From IMG/VR virus record IMGVR_UViG_3300032294_002797, positions 159,303 to 223,302 of that record: 64,000 nucleotides of DNA. The stretch is one strand, 5' to 3'. The position numbers and the translations under genes were made by a program. The notes beneath the pieces were generated by a model. That model was not told where the DNA came from, did not search any database, and saw only the letters and a program-made list of their open reading frames with translations. Shown in pieces: positions 10,488 through 20,212 of the stretch; the stretch's first letter is position 1, and the number at the start of each line of letters is the position of its first letter.

Positions 10488-11743
10488 GATGGTGGTGGGT
10501 TGGGAACAAAGGTTATGGCCGTGCCGAAGCCGGTTACGTTGCAGGCAGAGCCTGTGAAGGTGGCGGTGCCGGTCACTGTGGCTTCGTTGTACGAACTGTC
10601 GTTGAAATTCGCGTCTCCGGTGACGGTGCTGGGGTTGCCGTTGTACGAACTGTCATTAAACGTCGCGTCTCCGGTGCCGCCGCTGTAGTTGTACGCGGTG
10701 TCGTTGAATGTCGCGTCTCCGGTGACGGTGCCGTCGTTGTACGAACTGTTGTTGAACGTCGCATTGCCACTGACGGTGCCGCTGTAGTAGTTGTACGCGG
10801 TGTCGTTGAACGTCGCGTTGCCGGCGACGATCAAGGTGTTGCTCGAACTGTTGTTGAACGTAGCGTTGCCAGTGACGGTGCCGTTGTTGGACGCATTATC
10901 GTTGAACGTCGCGTCTACATTGACGGTGCTAAAGTTGCCCGAACTGTCGTTGAAATTACCGTCGCCAGATACGGTGTCGTAGTTACTCGAACTGTCGTTG
11001 AAAGTACCGTTGCCAGTGATCGTGCCGTCATTATTAGAACTTCCATTAAACGTTGCGTTGCCGTTGATAGTGCCAAAGAAGATGCTCGAATTGTCGTTAA
11101 AAGTAGCGTCTCCATTAATGGTACTGAAGTTAATAGAATTGTTGTTAAAAGTCGCATCTCCATTGACCGTACCACCATTGTTCTGCGAGTTATCATTGAA
11201 AATAGCGTTTCCATTGACCGTGGCGGTGTTGTACGAATAATCGTTGAATGTCACTTCCCCATAAGCGTAACTGAAGTTACGCGAAATATCGTTAAATGTC
11301 GGGTTGTTAGCGTCGCCTTGGTTGGACGAATAACTATTGAAAGCAGCATTACTGACGCTTCCGAAGTTTTGTGAGCTGTTGTTAAAATGCGCATCGCCAG
11401 TGATGGTGCCGACGTTGATCGAATTGTCATTGAAATTAGCGTTGCCAGTAACGGTAATGGATACGAAAAAGAAAAAGTTGCCATTAATAGTAAAGTTCAC
11501 CAGTGTCGGCTCGCTGGCACTATTGGTATTAACAGAGGCGCTCGCAATTACACTATCTATACTTCGTGGTAAATGAGTGGCAGGAACACTAAATTGATCA
11601 TCCAACCACCAATTACCCAAAGTATTCCAATCATTATCAACAGCACCATTAAAGTACAAAACCTTACTCGTTGCTACTCTTACCTTAGCAGCGCCGTTGA
11701 CTATTTTGAATTTATTTCCCCCTACAGCTCGGAAAAAGCTCAT
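10478..11743 (-). CDS. beta-solenoid repeat adhesin-like protein
   Basis: About 19 copies of a ~16-aa unit GxATFNDxSxNxGTVT; ATGA-coupled to upstream fibre gene. Confidence 0.75.
   Translation of the reverse strand: MSFFRAVGGNKFKIVNGAAKVRVATSKVLYFNGAVDNDWNTLGNWWLDDQFSVPATHLPRSIDSVIASASVNTNSASEPTLVNFTINGNFFFFVSITVTGNANFNDNSINVGTITGDAHFNNSSQNFGSVSNAAFNSYSSNQGDANNPTFNDISRNFSYAYGEVTFNDYSYNTATVNGNAIFNDNSQNNGGTVNGDATFNNNSINFSTINGDATFNDNSSIFFGTINGNATFNGSSNNDGTITGNGTFNDSSSNYDTVSGDGNFNDSSGNFSTVNVDATFNDNASNNGTVTGNATFNNSSSNTLIVAGNATFNDTAYNYYSGTVSGNATFNNSSYNDGTVTGDATFNDTAYNYSGGTGDATFNDSSYNGNPSTVTGDANFNDSSYNEATVTGTATFTGSACNVTGFGTAITFVPNPPPSCP
10545..11450 (-). repeat. imperfect ~48-bp coding tandem repeat, GC-rich
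   Basis: Recurring GGC AAC GCG ACG TTC AAC GAC AGT TCG nnC AAC nnC GGC ACC GTC. Confidence 0.9.
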
Positions 11744-13782
11744 GGGGTACCTCCATCAACAAACTGAATAATAATATTAGCAGACCCATCAAAATTAGTG
11801 CCGTTAATAGTACGAGGAGTTTGTAGTGCTGTTGCTGTACTAGCATTACCAGTTAAGGCGCCCACAAAAGTTGTACTAGATACACTAGTTAAACCGCTCA
11901 CACTAACTACCGTATCACCAAGATTAATAGCAGTTGATCCGATAGTCACACGACTATTTTCTAGTTGAGAGTTACCAACACCAGATGCTCTGATACTAAC
12001 AGCACCGCTTGTTACACTAAAGTCACCACTATCAAAACTAGCTATACCTTTGACAGTTGTACTAGCATCAGGAATTAAACCAGAAGCAACGCTGGTAACT
12101 CGTCCATAACTATCAGTGGTTACTCCAACAACCACATTACCAGAACCACTATCAGTTCTACTAACTGTAGCAAGGTCAATATTGTCAGCATTTACAACGA
12201 TTCGACTACTACTAGCTGTTCCAACATTAAGAGTATTTCCACTCTTAACCATACCATCGCCCGCTGTAATTTGACCAGCACCGCTAAACTGAGCAAAATT
12301 CAAAGCGGTTCCAACAATGCCGTTAATAGTAATAGGATCGTTTGTAGTTAAAACCCAACCGCTATCAGCATTGACAGTACCTTCTGTTACAAAAACAAAC
12401 ATACCAGCCGTAACCTCTTCGCTACTATTTGCATCAGCAGCTCTGCTCCAAGATCCACTTGCGGCTACCCAGATACCGTTAATTCTTGGTTCTGCATGAT
12501 TTTTTACCAGTACTCTATCGCCTGCTACTAATGTGACTCCATCTATAGTTTGCAAACCGCTAACACTTAAAGAGCTATCAGCTGATGTTGTAGCAACCCT
12601 AACACTTTGCTTAACGTCTAATCCTGCTCTTGCAGCATCAACATACGCTTTTGTTGCAGCATCACTATCATCTGTTGGTGTTGCTAAATTAGTGATCTTT
12701 TGGCTATTTAACGACACACTACCTGTTGGAGCTGCCATTTGATCCAAACGAGATGTTCTTACCTGAGAGTCAAAGTTATTAATATTACTAGCAACTAAAC
12801 CACTACCTACTAAAGTAAGATTACCGCTAATGCTTGCATTATTACGAACTATTAAATTATTAGTATTAATAGTTTGCGCAGCATATACTTCTCCTAAAGA
12901 GCTAACAGAAAAAACGCCATCTCCAACATCAACAGCATTAACTCGAAGTAGACCCGTGGCGTTGATACCTGTTGCACCCAGATTCCCAATATACAATCCA
13001 GATGCCCTAACTTCTCCAACGTCTCCATAAATTACTGCTTTATTGGCAACAATAGTTTCGGGAGCGGACCCATCTAGCAAATTAAGTTCGCTAGCGCTAG
13101 AAGTCAAGTCTGTAATATCCGACACTTGAATAGTTGGATCACTTAAACTTACAATATAATTACCACCAGAGTGAGACAAACTAATACCACTACCAGCAGT
13201 TAATGGACTACTAACAGTAAGAGTATTATTTCCACTATTATATACAATATCAACACCAGATCCGGCCACAATACTAGTACTAACAGCACTATCAATCAGA
13301 CTGTTAACCCCACTAGCAAAATTTGTAATATCAGACACTTGAATGGTAGGATCACTAAGACTAATGGTTGTATAACCAGTAGTATCATTATAACTAACGG
13401 CAATACCACTAACGCCAGTAACCGATACCCCAATAATATCTTGTATAGTTTCACTATTAATAAGAGTATTAACAGCGCTAGCAAAATCATTAACTTGGCT
13501 AGATTGAATACCTGTTACACTAATAGTAATAGGCACTCCGGTTACAGAAGAAAATGATAATCCAATACCACTAGCTCCTATTAAGTCTGTATTACTAGGT
13601 AATATGGATGAGTATGCTAAACTATTCCATGGAGTTAGTCCATCTCCAATTTTATATCTTTTTGTGGTGGTATCTAGTCCCCATTCACCGGCGCTTAATG
13701 TAGGATTAAGTTGGCTCCAACCACTACCATTAGGAAGAGTAAGTTCTCCTCTACGCATTTGAATTCTTGTTTGAACAGCCAT
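11740..13782 (-). CDS. tail fibre, Mtd_N-like N-terminus
   Basis: IQMRRG..NPTLSAGEWGLDT..KIGDG; DAATKAYVD; IDGVTLVAGDRVLVKN; TPRTINGTNFDGSANI. Confidence 0.85.
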   Translation of the reverse strand: MAVQTRIQMRRGELTLPNGSGWSQLNPTLSAGEWGLDTTTKRYKIGDGLTPWNSLAYSSILPSNTDLIGASGIGLSFSSVTGVPITISVTGIQSSQVNDFASAVNTLINSETIQDIIGVSVTGVSGIAVSYNDTTGYTTISLSDPTIQVSDITNFASGVNSLIDSAVSTSIVAGSGVDIVYNSGNNTLTVSSPLTAGSGISLSHSGGNYIVSLSDPTIQVSDITDLTSSASELNLLDGSAPETIVANKAVIYGDVGEVRASGLYIGNLGATGINATGLLRVNAVDVGDGVFSVSSLGEVYAAQTINTNNLIVRNNASISGNLTLVGSGLVASNINNFDSQVRTSRLDQMAAPTGSVSLNSQKITNLATPTDDSDAATKAYVDAARAGLDVKQSVRVATTSADSSLSVSGLQTIDGVTLVAGDRVLVKNHAEPRINGIWVAASGSWSRAADANSSEEVTAGMFVFVTEGTVNADSGWVLTTNDPITINGIVGTALNFAQFSGAGQITAGDGMVKSGNTLNVGTASSSRIVVNADNIDLATVSRTDSGSGNVVVGVTTDSYGRVTSVASGLIPDASTTVKGIASFDSGDFSVTSGAVSIRASGVGNSQLENSRVTIGSTAINLGDTVVSVSGLTSVSSTTFVGALTGNASTATALQTPRTINGTNFDGSANIIIQFVDGGTP

Positions 13783-13819
13783 GATCGGTGCCTTTCTTTG
13801 GGAAATTATTTATTTAACA

Positions 13820-14098
13820 TTATGGGGATCCACAATCAAATTCATATTCGTCTAAGTATTCATCTAAGCCTTCTATTCTAGCCACATCTAAATTACCAAC
13901 TATTTTACTCATAGGAATATTGTCTGGTAAGTCACTAACTAATATTTTTTCAGTATTAACTATTTCCAAATTAAAACTATCAAAAAGTTCAATTTCAATA
14001 TTATTAACAATACTACCAAAAGAAGTTTCAACTTCTAATATATTTGTTGTAGGCTCCAATATTTCTAAGATAAAATCACTCATATGATTTATACACAA
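13820..14098 (-). CDS. acidic hypothetical virion protein
   Basis: ORF in structural operon ending DCGSP. Confidence 0.55.
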   Translation of the reverse strand: MCINHMSDFILEILEPTTNILEVETSFGSIVNNIEIELFDSFNLEIVNTEKILVSDLPDNIPMSKIVGNLDVARIEGLDEYLDEYEFDCGSP

Positions 14099-14490
14099 TT
14101 AAGAGGTTGTTGAGCTTGACTAAAGCGTTTTACTATATTAACTGTGCCAAATAATAATCGCGTGGTATATTTACCACCACCAGCATACAAATCATCAGGA
14201 CTTTGTAATTCAAGATCATATTTAGCTGTATTAAAATTAAAAGAGTTTGTTGTACTTGATGGCATCATTAAGGTTAATTTGCCATTAGGATCATCTATAG
14301 TAAACTTATAAACATTATGATCAATATTGTCACTACTAAATATTTGAGTAATATTAGTATTAGTTTTCCATATTAATCTAGCACACCACCCTGTTAAATT
14401 TACTGGATTTCCACCATTGTCCTTATAAATTAATGATATTTTAAAAGATGTTCCTTGTTCGATAGTAAAATCGTATTTGCTAGCTGCCAT
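14089..14490 (-). CDS. baseplate/fibre adaptor-like protein
   Basis: TIEQGTSF..NPVNLTGW..YDLEL..RLLFG.V Ig-like phage structural pattern. Confidence 0.6.
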   Translation of the reverse strand: MAASKYDFTIEQGTSFKISLIYKDNGGNPVNLTGWCARLIWKTNTNITQIFSSDNIDHNVYKFTIDDPNGKLTLMMPSSTTNSFNFNTAKYDLELQSPDDLYAGGGKYTTRLLFGTVNIVKRFSQAQQPLNCV

Positions 14491-14621
14491 AATTTGGCCT
14501 TATTATATATAATAATACGAATGAGACAATAACTATAGATACACTAAATAGTATTAGTATTAATATGTCTGCAAACAATAGTAAAATTCAGTCGTTACTT
14601 TTTCTTTGCTATCAAAATAAT

Positions 14622-14834
14622 TTAGCCACCAACTACTGTTTGATTGCCTACTAATTGTACAAAAATACCATTATAGAATCTGTTGTCATATTTAGCTTCA
14701 ATACTACTCATAGCTGGAGTAGTTTTAACATCACGATTATATGTTTGGTATGCTCCGGTAAAAGAGGTTGATGTTACTACGGATCCATTTTTAACTGGAT
14801 TAGACGATATTGCTTTATTTATGTCATTAGCCAT
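14622..14834 (-). CDS. hypothetical protein
   Basis: ORF track; co-oriented. Confidence 0.55.
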   Translation of the reverse strand: MANDINKAISSNPVKNGSVVTSTSFTGAYQTYNRDVKTTPAMSSIEAKYDNRFYNGIFVQLVGNQTVVGG

Positions 14835-14843
14835 AATATTTTA

Positions 14844-15185
14844 TTACCTTTCTATTCTAGATTCTAAAGTTTCTAATGTTTTTGCTAGCATAGCTATTTG
14901 TACTTTCAGCTCATTCATAACATCACTATTTCTTTGAAGCGCAGAGGCAAAAGCCGCCTGGTTTTCTTTATTACTATTTAATCTTTCCATAATAAATTGC
15001 TTGTCATGTAAATAAGGACTTTGTGTTTCTATCATATGCAAAACTTCGGTTTTAGATGCCATATTACGTCCTATGGCTACCCAAAATCCCATCATAGTCA
15101 CTATTATTCCTACGCAGGTAGTTGCTAAATTTTCCCAGAAATGAATAATAGTATCACTCATAATAAATACCTCGTGGATGATCAA
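14844..15185 (-). CDS. single-TM coiled-coil protein
   Basis: N-terminal hydrophobic helix, C-terminal heptads; true start may be the downstream ATG (MSDTII). Confidence 0.55.
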   Translation of the reverse strand: MIIHEVFIMSDTIIHFWENLATTCVGIIVTMMGFWVAIGRNMASKTEVLHMIETQSPYLHDKQFIMERLNSNKENQAAFASALQRNSDVMNELKVQIAMLAKTLETLESRIER

Positions 15186-15221
15186 TATGACAAAGCAAGA
15201 GTCTTTATATACACCTTATAC

Positions 15222-15249
15222 AAAAAGAACCAGGACAACGCCTGGTTCT
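15222..15249 (-). terminator. Rho-independent terminator
   Basis: AGAACCAGG-loop-CCTGGTTCT followed by a T run on the minus strand, after 15282..15866. Confidence 0.75.
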
Positions 15250-15281
15250 CTATGTATACTCGATAGTAGTAAAACACTATA

Positions 15282-15866
15282 TTAGGTAGTTTTCCCAGAA
15301 TACCCTACGGATACCGGAGTTTTGCTGCCTAGCTTGTAGGTCAAATCACCAGGAGCCGTTCTGGTTACACTAGCAGCAACATCTGTAGAAGTTGTTGATG
15401 TACCGGTAGTGGCGCCCCAAAAATTATCTACTGCTGTAGTAGGAGGTGTAGTATATTGGCCAGTATATATGTTCCAGTATCCAGCCCTATATGCAGTAGT
15501 AAATCTGGTGCTTCTGACTTTTTCTTGGCGATGAATACTACGACGAGAAGCTAGGTCAGATGCACCACCCTTAAGAAAAGAATTGCTAACTGTACCAGCT
15601 AATACTGAAGTATATTTGATACTAATAGGTTTTTGATTATTATTAGCAAAAACACCACCACTTAATGCCGGATCGGCGTAGTCACTATTGGCATTAGAAA
15701 TTACTTTAGAGCCAAAAACGCCCAGGTCTTTTGTGCCAAGAGCGTTGTTCTGTAATACCGAAGACTTTGAACCCGCATTAGTTGCTACTCCGCGATTATT
15801 ACGGGTAGATGATTTGGTTGTCGCTGACGAACCGTCTGTTTGTACTGTAGCCATTTTAGTCTCCAT
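15282..15866 (-). CDS. Ser/Thr-rich putative virion protein
   Basis: Intact ORF followed by its own terminator. Confidence 0.6.
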   Translation of the reverse strand: METKMATVQTDGSSATTKSSTRNNRGVATNAGSKSSVLQNNALGTKDLGVFGSKVISNANSDYADPALSGGVFANNNQKPISIKYTSVLAGTVSNSFLKGGASDLASRRSIHRQEKVRSTRFTTAYRAGYWNIYTGQYTTPPTTAVDNFWGATTGTSTTSTDVAASVTRTAPGDLTYKLGSKTPVSVGYSGKTT

Positions 15867-15910
15867 AAAAAGTGGGATAGGTATTAATTACTTACCCCAA
15901 AATTTGCAGA

Positions 15911-16576
15911 TTAATGGTAATTTTGACTTTTTTTAGTAATTTTTTCTAAAGTATATATATTAGAGGTTTTGTATCCATAGATTTTGGTACTATTTAGTAT
16001 ATTATTGATTTGATCATCAGTCCATGCACTACCATTGACTATTATATTCATATTGGTATTTTTTTGACTAATTAACATAGCAGCTAGGATATTATCAGAG
16101 ATATTATCCATTAAAAAATTAGCAGATGGATAGATGGTATTAATGCCAAATTCGGTCAAAATACTAGCTGTTTTATATAGAAGTTCTGGAACAAAAATCT
16201 TATATTCTAGCACATATCTCAAATCCACTGATGATCGCTTGCATAGTTCGGTTTGCGCCTCTAGCTCTTTTCGAAATTTATCATATTTTCTATTGCATAG
16301 AATGTTTGATGGAGCTACCATCTCAATAATGTCAGTCCCATTTTGTATTGCATTTTCAATTAGTTTGTATCTAGAATCGCTGTCAGATAGTCCAAAAGGA
16401 TAATCTAAAATGGTACTTATGGGAATTTGATTTTTTAATAGAGGTTTTATTACTTTTACATAGTAAGGAAATACAGAAATAACAGTAGGATTGTAATAAA
16501 GAGATTTACTAATATTCTCTTTTGTCTCGTTTTCATTACTAGCTATATCATAGTAGCCATATTCTATAATATTCAT
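15911..16576 (-). CDS. DeoC (deoxyribose-phosphate aldolase)-like TIM barrel, apparently non-catalytic
   Basis: DYPFG, GTDIIEMV and LRYVLE match DeoC motifs, but the catalytic lysines are absent. Confidence 0.65.
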   Translation of the reverse strand: MNIIEYGYYDIASNENETKENISKSLYYNPTVISVFPYYVKVIKPLLKNQIPISTILDYPFGLSDSDSRYKLIENAIQNGTDIIEMVAPSNILCNRKYDKFRKELEAQTELCKRSSVDLRYVLEYKIFVPELLYKTASILTEFGINTIYPSANFLMDNISDNILAAMLISQKNTNMNIIVNGSAWTDDQINNILNSTKIYGYKTSNIYTLEKITKKSQNYH

Positions 16577-17247
16577 TATTTAATTTTATTTTTGAGTATA
16601 TCGATATTAGGAAACTTTCTATCTCCAAGTACACCATCAGCAAACCCATACTCTACTGCTTCATTAGATTTTAAAATCCAATCACACTTATTTGCTAATT
16701 GAGAAGTAATATGTTTTCTTGCCATCATCTTTTTCCAATTTTTATTTTTAGCCATTTCACTTTCCATGCATCTATCCGTAAAAATATCTATCATTTTATC
16801 ACACTCATCTTCGTTCCATTTTACAGAACTAACGGCGGCTTTTGAGTGTTCTCCATCCAAACTAAAAGAACCGTAGTGTATCAACATTGTAGTATTGGGC
16901 ATCAAGATTCTTAAGCATGGAGATTGGAAGAGTACGCTACTAGATGATTCTACTTTGGCATAAGCTAAAATAGCAATTTTAGATTTGGAAAAACGCACTG
17001 TATCATACATACCTAAACAATCTTGCCAGTATCCGCCGGGTAGATGCATATGTACTAGAATCGGATCGTGAGACAATGTATTGAGATATCTAATATTCTT
17101 CTCAAATAAAACAGCTGACCTATAATCAACTCCGCTTTCTTCTTCTCCATCAATATATGAATGTAGATATACTTCTCTATTTTTTAGATCTAAACCAAAA
17201 TTATGAATATGGTTCAGCTCAGAGTCCGTGTTCAATGAATGATTCAT
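16576..17247 (-). CDS. clpP: ClpP-like protease subunit
   Basis: HLPGG, AKVESSSS (Ser), MLIHYG (His), CDWILKSNEAVEYGFADGV (Asp). Confidence 0.8.
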   Translation of the reverse strand: MNHSLNTDSELNHIHNFGLDLKNREVYLHSYIDGEEESGVDYRSAVLFEKNIRYLNTLSHDPILVHMHLPGGYWQDCLGMYDTVRFSKSKIAILAYAKVESSSSVLFQSPCLRILMPNTTMLIHYGSFSLDGEHSKAAVSSVKWNEDECDKMIDIFTDRCMESEMAKNKNWKKMMARKHITSQLANKCDWILKSNEAVEYGFADGVLGDRKFPNIDILKNKIK

Positions 17248-17702
17248 AATAATAATCCAGATAGGTAAGAATATATTGTTTGATTGATATTAGATAGTGT
17301 ATCGCTAGAGTTAAATAACTGGCCTATTCCTATGCGGAATCTATATCTTGTATACACATCTAAAACTTCCACCCCTTCATTATTCTCTATGATAGCGGCT
17401 ATTTTTGGCGTTAAATCGAAATTGGTATGCCCTATCCAAAAATTAAAAGAAGACCCTATATTATATTGATCATTATATGGCATCAGACCAAATGGCGTGA
17501 TAATAGCCTTAATATGTTTTTTTGCAAAGCTGTTTTCAGGCTCATCACTATGATCATTTGGATAGTGATCATCTTCGTTTATATCATCTATAAAGTCGGG
17601 AGATTTGACAAAATCTTCTGGAGATGAATATACAGACTCATCAGAAAATGGATCCTGCCACTTCTGCCAAACTATTTTAGGCGAAACTATTTTTGCATCC
17701 AT
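17244..17702 (-). CDS. hypothetical protein
   Basis: ATGA-coupled to clpP. Confidence 0.65.
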   Translation of the reverse strand: MDAKIVSPKIVWQKWQDPFSDESVYSSPEDFVKSPDFIDDINEDDHYPNDHSDEPENSFAKKHIKAIITPFGLMPYNDQYNIGSSFNFWIGHTNFDLTPKIAAIIENNEGVEVLDVYTRYRFRIGIGQLFNSSDTLSNINQTIYSYLSGLLL

Positions 17703-17709
17703 TATTGGT

Positions 17710-18135
17710 TTATGACGGTAAAAAACTTTTAAATACTTGTGATGGTCTAACTACCGGCATATTTTTCTCTGTGTTAGATTTTTGTTTTAGATAAGAAAGC
17801 TCCGTCAATTTATAATAAACATTCTGTGCAAAAAGTATATCATATGATTTATAACTTTTATAATTTTTGATAGTTGATATAATCTCTGATTCTAATAAAC
17901 CCTCATTAATAGCATCAAGCATTAAAGCATAATTATTAGATAGAGATAGTATTTGATCTTTATTATTTTCATTAAACTCTGGCCAATAGCATATTATATT
18001 GATAGTACCATCAATATTCATTTGTATATTTAAAGAACATGCTATATTTTTATTGGTTTTTTTATTATTCTGTTGTGAAAAGTGACCGAACAAATTTTGC
18101 AGAAATTTATACATACGCCATAGCCTTCCTTGCAA
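17710..18135 (-). CDS. hypothetical protein
   Basis: ORF in operon. Confidence 0.55.
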   Translation of the reverse strand: MQGRLWRMYKFLQNLFGHFSQQNNKKTNKNIACSLNIQMNIDGTINIICYWPEFNENNKDQILSLSNNYALMLDAINEGLLESEIISTIKNYKSYKSYDILFAQNVYYKLTELSYLKQKSNTEKNMPVVRPSQVFKSFLPS

Positions 18136-18484
18136 CAGGATTTATAACTGCTAAATTCGGACTAATCAAGAAAGCGTTTTTTACTTTGGTGTCTGATGGT
18201 AGAATAGTTGTATAATTAATTTCTAATATACTTCCATTCTTTTTAACCCCCAATAAATTATAATAAGGAGTATATTTCTCTGGACTAGTAGTTATATTTT
18301 TTTCTATATGATCATATAAAAAATTAGTTAGATGATCATCTAAAGTTAGGTTGTGTGTATCTTTATCAAGATTCAAGAAAAAAGATAAAGGCATATAGTG
18401 TCCATCGGTAGATGAGACAAAATATCTATTGCTTTTATCTTTTATATAGATAGCTGCCACTAGATTACATTTAACTTCAGGCAT
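18107..18484 (-). CDS. hypothetical protein
   Basis: ORF overlapping the sigma factor stop. Confidence 0.55.
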   Translation of the reverse strand: MPEVKCNLVAAIYIKDKSNRYFVSSTDGHYMPLSFFLNLDKDTHNLTLDDHLTNFLYDHIEKNITTSPEKYTPYYNLLGVKKNGSILEINYTTILPSDTKVKNAFLISPNLAVINPVARKAMAYV

Positions 18485-19067
18485 ATTGTCTGATCCTGGA
18501 TAGACCCTTTTGAATATTTTGTCTAATTGCTTCTCTAGTGACGCTGTATTTATTACCTATCTCTAGTAATGTCTTATTATTAAAATAATATTCATAGATT
18601 TGATCTTTTTGCTTATCAGACAAGATATCTGAATTCAAAATACATTCTATATATTTTGCTATCATATCTTTCTCTTCTTGTTCGGATACAATTTCAAAGG
18701 GATCAGACACTCCCTTGGTCTCTATATTTGATATATAGCTACGATTTTCCTTGTTATCGGAGGCATATTGATCCAGAGAATAATTGGTATTTTTCTTTTT
18801 ATAACGATTAGATAAATATGTTTTAATAGCCCATAAACCGCACTGATTACGATAAGAATACTTGGTTTTCGATTTACCATTGTATCCCGTGCGAGTCTTG
18901 TCCCATTTCCAATCTGCTATCATTATAGCTTCTGCAATTTCTGATATTGCTTCTTCATTAGATAATAATTCTTGTCTTAAATTATTGTAAAATGACGGAG
19001 CAAACTTAGAAATAATTTTTTTAGCTAAATTTATATAGGTATCCAGAGTCTCAAATTGCTGTTCCAT
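18477..19067 (-). CDS. RNA polymerase sigma70-family factor
   Basis: Region 4 HTH LSDKQKDQIYEYY..TLLEIGNKYSVTREAIRQ; region-2-like N-terminus. Confidence 0.85.
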   Translation of the reverse strand: MEQQFETLDTYINLAKKIISKFAPSFYNNLRQELLSNEEAISEIAEAIMIADWKWDKTRTGYNGKSKTKYSYRNQCGLWAIKTYLSNRYKKKNTNYSLDQYASDNKENRSYISNIETKGVSDPFEIVSEQEEKDMIAKYIECILNSDILSDKQKDQIYEYYFNNKTLLEIGNKYSVTREAIRQNIQKGLSRIRQYA

Positions 19068-19096
19068 TTAATGTCCTTATAAAAGTAAATTTTGGC

Positions 19097-19537
19097 TTAT
19101 TTTTTCTGAGTCTTTTTTGTCAGTTCTTCCCATTGTTTGGGATTAGGTCTATCTTTATCTCCGGGCTTGGCTGGTCTGTATTTTTTACCCTCTCTTTCTC
19201 TTTTTTTACGGATGTTTTCCCACAGACCCGGGCGAGAACTACCAGTAGATTCATCGTCACTTTCTGTGACATACATCACAAAATCATGGATGGTTCTAAC
19301 ATAATCCTCAGTTATGGCAATTTTACCCTGAAGCCAGCTCTCTGTCAAGTTTTCTTTTACGTGCGGAGAGTCAATAGAATTTATTATATTATTGATATTA
19401 GCCACCATGGCTTTTAAAGATCCTAGACTCATTTCATAGAAATCTTCTTTGTATTCTTGTAGATCATCATTAGTCGAAGACAGTACCTGATCGATATGTG
19501 ATAGAATTTCATTCTTACGATTGGTCATTATTATCAC
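19097..19537 (-). CDS. hypothetical phage protein
   Basis: ESWLQGKI and PGLWENIRKKR motifs, which I recall from large-phage proteins. Confidence 0.6.
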   Translation of the reverse strand: MIIMTNRKNEILSHIDQVLSSTNDDLQEYKEDFYEMSLGSLKAMVANINNIINSIDSPHVKENLTESWLQGKIAITEDYVRTIHDFVMYVTESDDESTGSSRPGLWENIRKKREREGKKYRPAKPGDKDRPNPKQWEELTKKTQKK

Positions 19538-20207
19538 CTTTAGTATATTGTATTAAGTCGTTAAAAAGATTTTTTACTAATAGCACTGATGCGTCATTAT
19601 CGCTAGGAAAATGAACTCCTTGCTTAACTCTAGCTAACATTACTTTGCGAGTAGCTTCTGCTAATTCATCTTTCAAATGAGGGAATTCGACAGTTAATAG
19701 TTGTTCGGCAAGTGCCGCGTATGCTACATGACCCGAGGGATAAGCTGGCGTATGATGAGTTCCAGTGTGTATTACATCTATATTAAGATTATAGAATTCA
19801 GCTATTTGATTAGGTCTGGGTCTATTAAATAGTATTTTTAAATCAGACACAATCTCATACAATAAAGCATATAGTGTATCAAATTTGTTTTGGGGAAAAG
19901 GTAGACTATATTTTTTAAGTATCGTCTTATAAATAATTAATGGATCCTCATCTATTAAGAGAATAGTTTCTTTGATATTAAGAGGGATATTTGAAGTTTC
20001 TTTAATAAGATGCTGAATTTCTGCCTTAGTAATATCACTAGAATTACTTGGAGGACAATCTATTAGATCTATATATTTAAAAGGTAAATAAGATTCTAAT
20101 TCTGTAGGTCTACTCTTATGTATATAATTTTTATATACTAAATTATCTAAATTGGATTGTTTTTTATTAACAATAATATCTTGTATTTTTTTGATTAAAC
20201 TGAACAT
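19515..20207 (-). CDS. PAP2-superfamily acid phosphatase
   Basis: K....RPRP, YPSGH, R...GVHFPSD. Confidence 0.9.
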   Translation of the reverse strand: MFSLIKKIQDIIVNKKQSNLDNLVYKNYIHKSRPTELESYLPFKYIDLIDCPPSNSSDITKAEIQHLIKETSNIPLNIKETILLIDEDPLIIYKTILKKYSLPFPQNKFDTLYALLYEIVSDLKILFNRPRPNQIAEFYNLNIDVIHTGTHHTPAYPSGHVAYAALAEQLLTVEFPHLKDELAEATRKVMLARVKQGVHFPSDNDASVLLVKNLFNDLIQYTKGDNNDQS

Positions 20208-20212
20208 ATTTA

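Noticed and set aside
10448-11374. 308-aa plus-strand ORF and other overlapping frames in the repeat gene
   Set aside because: Shadow ORFs caused by the stop-poor GC-rich repeat; the minus-strand frame is coupled to the operon
10545-11450. CRISPR array
   Set aside because: Repeats are in-frame, degenerate and contiguous with no unique spacers; no cas genes seen
1-13782. Complete diversity-generating retroelement suggested by Mtd_N-like domains
   Set aside because: No reverse transcriptase or TR/VR pair found in the window; Mtd_N-like starts are generic fibre anchors
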